Source: an uncultured Chthonomonas sp.
GTDB lineage: Bacteria; Armatimonadota; Chthonomonadetes; Chthonomonadales; CAJBBX01
Length of the DNA: 64,000 nt
Reading direction: 5' to 3'
Assembly: GCA_903885605.1 (NCBI GenBank)
Contig: CAISJD010000118.1
Coordinates: 2,182-66,181, forward strand
The position numbers were made by a program, and so were the translations under genes. The notes under the pieces were generated by a model. That model was not told the DNA's origin. It did no database searches and worked only from the letters and a program-made list of their open reading frames with translations. Of this stretch, positions 39,640-47,931 are shown in pieces. Each line of letters starts with the position of its first letter. Within the stretch, counting starts at the first letter, position 1.

Positions 39640-42600
39640 ATGAATGTAGCGTTGAGAACCAGCGTGGTCGTGGTCCTCGTCCTCACAGCCCTGCTGCTCG
39701 ACCAAGGGCCTGCCAGGGCAGATGAACTGGAGGCCGGCTTCCGTAGGCCGCCGGAAGCCACCAGGCCGCGATGCTACTGGTACTGGATGGACGGCCAGGT
39801 GACGAGGCAAGGCATAACGCGCGACCTCGAGGCGATGCAGCGCGTCGGCATCGGCGAAGGCTACATCGGCATCATCAGCGGGCAGGCCGGCGCCCCGGTG
39901 GGCGTCCGCTCAAAGGCGTTCACGGAGGAGTGGTGGGGCCACATCGAACATGCCATCCGCGAGGGCGGACGGCTCGGGGTGGACATCGGCCTGTTCAACT
40001 CACCGGGCTGGAGCCAGTCGGGCGGGCCGTGGGTGAAGCCGCAGCAAGCCATGCGCTACGTCGCCCTGCAGGAGCTACGCCTGCGCGGCCCCCAGAGGTT
40101 CTCAGGCGTCCCGCCGACACCGCCGGGCGAGGTCCAGGACATCGCGGTGCTGGCTTTCCCAGCGCCGGACGGCGAGGGCACGCCGGCGCCGATCACCTCG
40201 CGCAAGCCAACGCTCGTGCGCTTCGAAACAGCGGCGCCTTTCACCGCGCGGAGCATCACCGTGCACCTGGTGGAGCCCGTCAACGTCTCCGCGGAGTTGA
40301 TGGCTTCCGACGACGGAGAGCATTTCCGAACGGTGAAGCGCTTCACCATCGCCCGGTACAACCTCCAGGTGAATGTCGGACCGGTTCCGCTGGCGTCGGT
40401 AGTGGAATCATTCCCGGCCACCACCGCGCGGTCCTTCCATTTGAAGCTATCGTCGGGCTGCAACCTCGGCGACATCCTGCTCTCACCCGCGGCACGCGTG
40501 GAGCGCGTGGCGGAGAAGTCGCTGCTGAAGGTGTTCCAGGACCCGCTGCCACCGTTTGACTTCTACACATGGCCCTTGCCGACGGAGCCGGACACAGTTG
40601 CGGCGAGGGTCAAGCCGGGCTCGGTCCTGGACATCAGCCATTGCGTGTCGCTACCTTCGCAGGCGCCGATCGTGGTGCGGAAGGCCTCGTACGGCGTTCC
40701 CGGTGACGCGATGCGCACGCGCGATGTGCGCGCCGCGGTGCAGGAGCTGGTGGACGGCGGGGCGTTGGCGTTCCAGGTTGACCGCATCACTGCAAGCGGC
40801 GATCCCGCCTACGGGGTCGTGAAGACGTTGACCGTGGACTACACCCTGGACGGGAAGGCGCTCCAAGCCACGGGCGTCGATGGTGGGATGGTCCGTCTGG
40901 GCGGGAATGCCACGCTCACATGGGACGTGCCGGCCGGGGAGTGGATCGTGCTGCGTGCCGCGATGACCCCGACGGGCACGCAGAATGGTCCTGCGCCCGC
41001 AGAAGCGACGGGGCTTGAAGTCGACAAGATGAACCGCGTCCCGCTCAAGGCGCACTTCGACGCGTTCCTGGGGGTCCTGTTGAAGCGGATGCCCGCGGCG
41101 GACCGCAGGGCGCTGAAGCACGTGGTCGCCGACAGCTACGAAACGGGACCGCAAAACTGGACGGATGGCTTCGCCGCCTCTTTCCGGGAACGGTACGGCT
41201 ACGACCCGCTGCCGTGGCTGCCGGCGCTGGCTGGACGCATCGTGGGCAGTGCGGACCAGTCGGACAGGTTCCTCTGGGACTTGCGGCGGCTGGTGGCCGA
41301 CCGGGTGGCGCGCGATTACGTCGGCGGCCTGCGCGACCTGTGCCGGCAACACGGGCTGAGGATGTGGCTTGAGAACTACGGCCACTGGGGCTTTCCGGCG
41401 GAGTTCCTGCAGTACGGCGGGGCCAGTGACGAGATCGGCGGCGAGTTCTGGGTAGACGGCGGGCTTGGCTCGGTGGAACTGCGCGATGCGGCCTCGGCGG
41501 CGCACATCTACGGCAAGTCAGTGGTGTTCGCGGAGGCCTTCACCGGTGGGCCGGCGTTCCGGAACGCACCCGGCGATCTCAAAGCGAGAGGCGACTGGGC
41601 GTTCTGCGAAGGCGTCAACCAGTTTGTGCTGCACGTCTACATCCACCAGCCGTGGGAAGACAAGAAGCCAGGCATCAACGCCGGGTTCGGTACCGAGTTC
41701 AACCGGCACAACACATGGTTCGAGCAGTCGAAAAGCTGGATCGAGTACCTTCGGCGGTGCAGCGTCATGCTGCAGGCGGGTCGGCCGGTGGCCGATGTGG
41801 CGTACTTCATCAGCGAGGACGCCCCGAAAATGACGGGGCTCTGCAGCCCGGACCTTCCGCCGGGGCGCGACTTCGACTTCATTAATGCTGAGGTCATCCA
41901 GAGAGACCTCACCGTTAGGAATGGGATGCTGGCCCTGCCGCACGGCGTCACCTACCGCGTACTGGCGCTGCCGGAATCCGCCACGATGCGCCCGGAACTC
42001 CTGCGCCGGGTTCGGGACCTAGTGGCAGCCGGCGCCACCGTGGTCGGCAGGCCTCCGTCGCGATCTCCAAGCCTGGAGGGGTTCCCAAAGTGCGACGAGG
42101 AAGTAGGGCAACTCGCACACGAGGTCTGGGGAGGCGATCCTGCAAGTCCGTCAGGCGAAAACAGGCTGGGTAAGGGCCGTGTGATCTGGGGCAAGGGCCT
42201 GGACGCCGTCCTCGCAGGGCTCGGCTCAGAGCAGGACTTCGCCAGCCCGGCCAGGCTTCGCTTCAAGCATCGACGACAGGGCAACACGGAAATCTACTTC
42301 GTCGCTAATCCCGACGACGCTCCCGTGACCACCGTGGCCACCTTCCGAGCTGCCGGCAGGGCGCCGGAGATGTGGTGGCCCGATACCGGCCGGATCGAGA
42401 GGCCGGCAGCCTACAGCGTGACCGGTGGCATGGTGCGCCTGCCTCTCTCGCTCGGCCCGAACGCCTCGGTGTTCGTTGTCTTCCGCCCCTCCAAGACACG
42501 GTTCGATCCGGTGGTAACCGTGACCCGCAATGGCCGGTCCGTGTTCCCGACACTCTCTACACCTCGGCAGATTATCATCGACAAGGCGATCTACGGCGTC

Positions 42601-43527
42601 TTGGGCGATCCGAGCCGCACTCGAGACGTGCGGAGCGCGGTGCAGGAACTCGCGGACAGCGGAGCCGCCGCGTTCCTGGTCGGCCGCCTGGCGGATGGTG
42701 GCGATCCGGCCTACGGCACCGTGAAGTCGCTGGCGGTTGAGTATAGGGTCGGCGGCGCGGCACTCAAGGCCGGCGGAGACGATACGGACACGATCACCTT
42801 CCTCGGCTCACCCACCGGCAGCGCGGTCCGCCTATGTCGTGACGGCGGCGGAAGCATGTCCCTGGAAGCTCAGGAGCCGGGCCGTTACGAACTAACGACC
42901 GCCTCCGGCAGGAAGCTTCGCGCCGAGGTTGCGCCACTGCCGGCGCCGATCACGGTCGCCGGCCCGTGGAAGGTCGCCTTCGATCCCAACCGGGGCGGTC
43001 CCCGGAACGTGACGTTCGAGGCGCTCGAGGACTGGTCCAAGCGCCCTGAAGCCGCTATCAGGCACTACTCCGGCCGCGCCACCTACCGGACGTCGTTCGA
43101 GGTGTCGGCCGACCGGATCGGCAAGGCGGGTTCGAGGCTCACGCTCAGCCTCGGCGATGTCCGCAGCGTGGCGACCGTGCGCGTGAACGGCCGTGAGCTT
43201 GCTACGCTCTGGCTCGCACCGTGGAACGTTGACATCACGAACGCAGTGAAGCCCGGCCGCAACACCCTTGAGATCGACGTGGTGAACACCTGGTACAACC
43301 GGCTGGTGGCTGATGCCGCCCTGCCCGCCGGCCAGCGGCGGACCTTTCTGACCGCCCAAACGGTCGGCGCCGACGCTGCGCTGCTGCCGGCCGGGCTACT
43401 CGGCCCGGTGACGTTGCGCGCGTCTCATACGGTTCACCTGAAGTCGGGTGCATCCGTAGGCCGACCAGCGTCAGCGCCCCCCCGCATCCCGGATGGGCCT
43501 GCGGCAGCACGGCGATCCATGCAATGA
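39640..43527 (+). CDS. GH106-like glycoside hydrolase (alpha-L-rhamnosidase-type family), secreted, 1295 aa
   Basis: Inner ATG 39640. Signal peptide, then FRRPPEATRPRCYWYWMDG...DLEAMQRVGIGEGY and FNSPGWSQSGGPWVKP. C-terminal jelly-roll tail GRNTLEIDVVNTWYNRL...LLGPVTL. Paralog of 43767..47258. Confidence 0.75.
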   Translation: MNVALRTSVVVVLVLTALLLDQGPARADELEAGFRRPPEATRPRCYWYWMDGQVTRQGITRDLEAMQRVGIGEGYIGIISGQAGAPVGVRSKAFTEEWWGHIEHAIREGGRLGVDIGLFNSPGWSQSGGPWVKPQQAMRYVALQELRLRGPQRFSGVPPTPPGEVQDIAVLAFPAPDGEGTPAPITSRKPTLVRFETAAPFTARSITVHLVEPVNVSAELMASDDGEHFRTVKRFTIARYNLQVNVGPVPLASVVESFPATTARSFHLKLSSGCNLGDILLSPAARVERVAEKSLLKVFQDPLPPFDFYTWPLPTEPDTVAARVKPGSVLDISHCVSLPSQAPIVVRKASYGVPGDAMRTRDVRAAVQELVDGGALAFQVDRITASGDPAYGVVKTLTVDYTLDGKALQATGVDGGMVRLGGNATLTWDVPAGEWIVLRAAMTPTGTQNGPAPAEATGLEVDKMNRVPLKAHFDAFLGVLLKRMPAADRRALKHVVADSYETGPQNWTDGFAASFRERYGYDPLPWLPALAGRIVGSADQSDRFLWDLRRLVADRVARDYVGGLRDLCRQHGLRMWLENYGHWGFPAEFLQYGGASDEIGGEFWVDGGLGSVELRDAASAAHIYGKSVVFAEAFTGGPAFRNAPGDLKARGDWAFCEGVNQFVLHVYIHQPWEDKKPGINAGFGTEFNRHNTWFEQSKSWIEYLRRCSVMLQAGRPVADVAYFISEDAPKMTGLCSPDLPPGRDFDFINAEVIQRDLTVRNGMLALPHGVTYRVLALPESATMRPELLRRVRDLVAAGATVVGRPPSRSPSLEGFPKCDEEVGQLAHEVWGGDPASPSGENRLGKGRVIWGKGLDAVLAGLGSEQDFASPARLRFKHRRQGNTEIYFVANPDDAPVTTVATFRAAGRAPEMWWPDTGRIERPAAYSVTGGMVRLPLSLGPNASVFVVFRPSKTRFDPVVTVTRNGRSVFPTLSTPRQIIIDKAIYGVLGDPSRTRDVRSAVQELADSGAAAFLVGRLADGGDPAYGTVKSLAVEYRVGGAALKAGGDDTDTITFLGSPTGSAVRLCRDGGGSMSLEAQEPGRYELTTASGRKLRAEVAPLPAPITVAGPWKVAFDPNRGGPRNVTFEALEDWSKRPEAAIRHYSGRATYRTSFEVSADRIGKAGSRLTLSLGDVRSVATVRVNGRELATLWLAPWNVDITNAVKPGRNTLEIDVVNTWYNRLVADAALPAGQRRTFLTAQTVGADAALLPAGLLGPVTLRASHTVHLKSGASVGRPASAPPRIPDGPAAARRSMQ
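40669..40863 (+). repeat. Copy 1 of an internal 65-aa module (xxxxKAxYGVxGDxxRTRDVRxAVQEL...GDPAYGxVKxLxVxY)
   Basis: IVVRKASYGVPGDAMRTRDVRAAVQELVDGGALAFQVDRITASGDPAYGVVKTLTVDYTLDGKAL. Roughly 60 percent identical by hand count to the copy at 42571..42765. Confidence 0.8.
42571..42765 (+). repeat. Copy 2 of the internal 65-aa module
   Basis: IIIDKAIYGVLGDPSRTRDVRSAVQELADSGAAAFLVGRLADGGDPAYGTVKSLAVEYRVGGAAL. Confidence 0.8.
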
Positions 43528-43766
43528 AGCCGCGGACCTTCAGCCGTCCTCTCGCCTTCGTGCTTCCACTGCTCGTAGCGGGCGCGCCGGCATGCGGCCC
43601 CGGGAAATGCCGTAGAGGGCTGGTTCGGAGTTCCCGAGGCCGAAGGTGGTAGAACCATGGATGGATCGCAAGGCGTGAGGTACCTGCGGATGGGGGCCGG
43701 CGCCGCTGCGCTTGCGGCGGGTTCGGGCGCCTGTCGCTTCAAATCCCAGATGCACGGAGCCACCGA

Positions 43767-46700
43767 GTGAGACCACTGAGAGCCACCTGCCTATCGCTGA
43801 GTACCCTTGCGGCGCTGGTCGCGTGCGCCCTGCCCGGCCTTGCTGCGGCCGCAGGCGATCTGGAGCGGAGCTTCGCCAATCCCCCCGACTCCGCACGCCC
43901 CGGGGTCTACTGGTACTTCATGGACGGCAACCTCAACGGCAAGGAGATGACCGCCGACCTCGAATCCATGAAGGCGGCGGGCCTCGGCAACCTCGTCTTC
44001 CTGGAGGTGGACGTCGGCGTCCCCAAGGGACCGGTCCGGTGGATGACGCAGCCGTGGCAGGAGCTGTTCGTCCAAGCCGTCCGCGATGCAGAGCGACTGG
44101 GCATCGACATCACGCTCGGCATCGGGCCGGGCTGGTGCGGCAGCGGCGGCCCGTGGGTCAAACCGGAGCAGTCCATGCAGCACCTCGTCTTCAGTTCGAT
44201 CGACCTCAGCGGGCCGCGGAGCTACTCGGCCGCCCTGCCCCTTCCGGTGCAGCGGTCGACCCCATTCCACAATATGCCCGACGCATACTACGTGGACGTG
44301 GCCGTCCTGGCCTTCCCCAGCCGCAAGCCGATCATCGATGATATCAACGAGAAGGCGCTCTACCTGAGGGATCCGTTCTCGAGCGCACCCGGCGTGAAGC
44401 CCTACCTTCCGACTTCGGCCCGCTACATTGAACCGGGAGATGCGCGCGCCATCCCGCCAAGCCGGATCGTGGACCTCACGAAGCAGCTCAGGCCCGACGG
44501 CACGCTCGACTGGAGCGTCCCGGAGGGGGACTGGACTGTCCTCCGCATGGGGCGGCGGGTCACGGGCGCGAACACCCGTCCCGCGCCCGAGGCCGCGACG
44601 GGATTGGAGTGCGACAAGTTCGACGCGAAGGCAACGGAGGATCATCTTAACCAGTTCGTCGGGGCCCTGCTGAACAAGGTCAGCCCACGCGCCAGGCGGC
44701 ACGGCCTGGCCGCCCTGCACATGGACAGCTGGGAGTCCGGCGCCCAGAACTGGACCGCGTCGTTCCTCGATGAGTTCAGGAAGCGGCGCGGCTATGACGC
44801 CCGGCCGTGGCTTCCAGCCTACACCGGCCGGGCAGTGGGGAGCGTTGAGAAGTCCGAGCGGTTCCTCTGGGACCTCCGCTTGACGGGCCAGGAGCTGGTG
44901 CTGGAGAACCATGCCGGGATCGTAAAGCAGTTCGCACATAAGCACGGGCTCTCGCTGTCCATCGAACCCTATGACATGAACCCCGCCGGAGACCTCGACC
45001 TTGGCGCGGTGGCCGATGTTCCGATGGGGGAGTTCTGGGACATCGGCGGCTTCGACACGAGCTACGCCTGCTTCCAGGCGAGTTCAATCGCCCACACCAT
45101 GGGGAGGCCAATCGTCTCCGCCGAGGCATTCACGGGCGGAGGGTTGGATGCGTATCCGTGGTCGCTCAAGAACCAGGGCGACTGGGCCCTGTGCGCGGGC
45201 ATCAACCGGTTCGTTTTCCACACGTGGGCGCACCAGGCGCTGGGTGACGCCTACAAGCCCGGCATGACCATGGGACCGTACGGCGTGCACTGGCACCGGA
45301 ACCAGACGTGGTGGCCCATGGTGTCGGCCTACCACCGCTACATCACCCGCTGCTCGCACATGCTGCGACAGGGGGTCACGGTGTCTGACGTGCTCTACCT
45401 GACACCCGAGGGAGCGCCCCATGTCTTCGTGCCGCCGCCCAGCGCGCTGCAGGGGCGCGGCCCGGTGGCGGACAAGAGAGGCCATGGCTTCGACGGCTGC
45501 TCGCCGAAAGTCCTGGTATCCAGGGCACAGGTGAGGAACGGGCTGATCGCCTTCCCCGGAGGGACGTCGTACCGCCTGATGGTCTTGCCGCAAGTCGACA
45601 CGATGACCCCAGGGCTGCTCGTAAAGGTCCGAGACATGGTGAGGGCCGGGGCAACCATCGTTGGTGCTCCACCCCTAAAGTCACCAAGCCTCTCGGGCTA
45701 TCCCGCCTGCGACGGCGTAGTCCGATCGATCGCCAAAGACCTCTGGGGCGACCTGGACGCGCCGCGGACGGCGACCAAACGCCGGTATGGGAAGGGAGCG
45801 ATCCACTGGGGCGGCGAGCTAACGGCTCCGGCTCCGGCGGCCCAGCGCAGCTCGATTGCAGAGAGCGAGTGGATCTGGTACCCGGAAGGGAGCCCTGCCC
45901 AGGGCGCACCGGTGGGCACGAGGTACTTCACGCGGACCATCCATGTGGACGCGGCCAAGGCGCTGGCGGCGGCCACCGCCAGCGTGAGTGCGGACAACGG
46001 GTTCACCCTCTGGATCAACGGGAAGCGGCTCAGCGAAGGCGACAGCTTCAACGTTACGGTCACGACATCGATGGCGCGCTTCCTGCGGCCGGGTGACAAC
46101 GTCATTGCCGTGGCCGCGGAGAACAGCAGCGGAGGCGAACCGAACCCCGCCGGGTGGATCGGCGCATTCGACCTGACGTACAGCGATGGAACCCGCCAGG
46201 TCGTCAAGACCGACAGCAAGTGGTCTGCCGGCATGTCAGCGCAGCCGGGCTGGGAGCGGTCGACCGCGAGACCGGCAGACTGGAGCGACGCACTGGTTCT
46301 TGGGGGCTACTCAATGGCGCCATGGAGCCGCGGCGGCAGCAACCAGTCCCTGCCGCCGCTCTATCCCTCCTATGATCAGACATCGGCCGTGCTGGCGGGC
46401 ATGGGGGTGAAGGAGGACTTCAGTGCAACCGGCCCGGTTCGCTATGGTCACCGGCGTACCGGCGACCGGGACATATACTTCGTATCCAACCGCACCAGCG
46501 CTCCGATCAGAGCGGAGTGCCGCTTCCGGGTCGGCCAGGGCAGCGCGCAGGTCTGGGATCCCGTTACAGGTGAGCGGCGGCCGGTGGAGCATCTCGAATA
46601 CAAAGGTGGCCTGACGCGTATACCCATGGCATTCGATGCCTATCAGAGCTTCTTTGTCATCTTCAGCGCGAAGGCCGGCAAGCCCTCGTCGGCACCCGGC

Positions 46701-47258
46701 AGGAGATTCAAGGGGTTGAGGAGCAGCCATACGCTCTCCGGCCCGTGGGCCGTTGCGTTCGATCCGAAGTGGGGCGGACCGGAGCGGGTGGCGTTCGACG
46801 CCCTGCAGGACTGGACGACCCGGCCCGAACCGGGGATCAGGTACTACTCCGGCATCGCCACCTACCGCCGAATGCTGAACCTGTCCCGAGTTCCTGGAGG
46901 CAGGACCTTCCTCGATCTGGGCGTCGTGCACGACCTGGCGCGCGTCAGGCTTAACGGCAAGGACCTCGGCGTCGTTTGGTGCGCTCCGTGGCGGGTTGAG
47001 GTCACCGGCGCCCTCAAGGCCGGCGCCAACAGGGTTGAGATTGAAGTCGCCAACCGTTGGGCGAACCGGATGATCGGCGACAAGAGGTCTCCAGATGCAA
47101 ACGCCCGCGCGGTGGTGTGTCCGCCAGGGTTCCTGGGCGGCCAGAGCATCAAGACCGGCCGCTACACCTTCAGCACGCATGATCCATACACGTCGCAGTC
47201 GCCTCTAGTGCCCTCCGGGCTACTCGGGCCGGTCAAGATCATGGTCAGCGACCCATGA
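43767..47258 (+). CDS. GH106-like glycoside hydrolase paralog, secreted, 1163 aa
   Basis: GTG start with GGAG upstream. Signal peptide, then FANPPDSARPGVYWYFMDG...DLESMKAAGLGN and GPGWCGSGGPWVKPEQS. C-terminal GANRVEIEVANRWANRMIGD...LLGPVKI. Confidence 0.75.
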   Translation: MRPLRATCLSLSTLAALVACALPGLAAAAGDLERSFANPPDSARPGVYWYFMDGNLNGKEMTADLESMKAAGLGNLVFLEVDVGVPKGPVRWMTQPWQELFVQAVRDAERLGIDITLGIGPGWCGSGGPWVKPEQSMQHLVFSSIDLSGPRSYSAALPLPVQRSTPFHNMPDAYYVDVAVLAFPSRKPIIDDINEKALYLRDPFSSAPGVKPYLPTSARYIEPGDARAIPPSRIVDLTKQLRPDGTLDWSVPEGDWTVLRMGRRVTGANTRPAPEAATGLECDKFDAKATEDHLNQFVGALLNKVSPRARRHGLAALHMDSWESGAQNWTASFLDEFRKRRGYDARPWLPAYTGRAVGSVEKSERFLWDLRLTGQELVLENHAGIVKQFAHKHGLSLSIEPYDMNPAGDLDLGAVADVPMGEFWDIGGFDTSYACFQASSIAHTMGRPIVSAEAFTGGGLDAYPWSLKNQGDWALCAGINRFVFHTWAHQALGDAYKPGMTMGPYGVHWHRNQTWWPMVSAYHRYITRCSHMLRQGVTVSDVLYLTPEGAPHVFVPPPSALQGRGPVADKRGHGFDGCSPKVLVSRAQVRNGLIAFPGGTSYRLMVLPQVDTMTPGLLVKVRDMVRAGATIVGAPPLKSPSLSGYPACDGVVRSIAKDLWGDLDAPRTATKRRYGKGAIHWGGELTAPAPAAQRSSIAESEWIWYPEGSPAQGAPVGTRYFTRTIHVDAAKALAAATASVSADNGFTLWINGKRLSEGDSFNVTVTTSMARFLRPGDNVIAVAAENSSGGEPNPAGWIGAFDLTYSDGTRQVVKTDSKWSAGMSAQPGWERSTARPADWSDALVLGGYSMAPWSRGGSNQSLPPLYPSYDQTSAVLAGMGVKEDFSATGPVRYGHRRTGDRDIYFVSNRTSAPIRAECRFRVGQGSAQVWDPVTGERRPVEHLEYKGGLTRIPMAFDAYQSFFVIFSAKAGKPSSAPGRRFKGLRSSHTLSGPWAVAFDPKWGGPERVAFDALQDWTTRPEPGIRYYSGIATYRRMLNLSRVPGGRTFLDLGVVHDLARVRLNGKDLGVVWCAPWRVEVTGALKAGANRVEIEVANRWANRMIGDKRSPDANARAVVCPPGFLGGQSIKTGRYTFSTHDPYTSQSPLVPSGLLGPVKIMVSDP

Positions 47259-47503
47259 GGCCGGCAAAGGAACACCCACGGACATCGTGAGGCATCAGCA
47301 GGTCGGCCTCCGGAGCAGACGCCTGAACACAGCGATCATCTTGGCCAACGTGACGACTACCTGCGCGGGCGTCTACGGCCAGATCGGACCGTCGGCGGCC
47401 GTCGTGGCACCGGGCCGGGGCCGCCCGGCCGGCGATGGTCGCGGGACCACCGGCGCCACGGCCAACAGCTGGGCCTGCAGCGCGTGGACGGGCAACGCCG
47501 GCC

Positions 47504-47885
47504 GCCACGTTCGCCTACGGCGGCAATCCCCGCACGGTGACCCTCACCGACCTCACGCCCGGGGGCGACGTATGAGACCAGCTTCCTCGCCTATGGACTT
47601 GAGGGCTCCGGCCGCAACCAGGTCTTCGAGGCCGACGGCGAGAGCATCACGGTAGGCCAGAGCCTGTACGGTAAGGGTAACGGCATCCGAACCTCGTGCA
47701 GGTTTGTGGCCGGCTTCTCCGGCTCGAAGAGGTTCGCCATCACCCCGGAGGCCGGCACCTTCCGCATGCCTGCGCCGGCCAACAAGCAGGTGAGCGGCGC
47801 GCCTCCAGCAACGATGCTCAGCTTCGGGGCGAACGTGCCCGGGAGCGGCGCCGCCATCGTCCTGAGGCAGCGCCGAAGGAACCTG
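47504..47885 (+). pseudogene. Decayed gene remnant (frameshifted), possibly the C-terminal part of a PEP-CTERM-type secreted protein
   Basis: One frame reads ATFAYGGNPRTVTLTDLTPGG and then hits TGA at 47573-47575. Coding-like sequence continues in another frame after the G5 run at 47561-47565: YETSFLAYGLEGSGRNQVFEADGESITV...FGANVPGSGAAIVLRQRRRN. No start codon or RBS was found. Confidence 0.3.
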
Positions 47886-47931
47886 ACCCCGGCGCTCCTG
47901 GTGTGTGGTCGAGAAGCCTCCATCCCCGCCC

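Noticed and set aside
43528-43766. Small ORFs (43434..43763 and 43540..43896, minus strand) in the gap between the two GH106-like genes.
   Set aside because: They have no SD and low-complexity translations, and they overlap the flanking genes. I treat the region as plain intergenic sequence carrying the second paralog's promoter and RBS.
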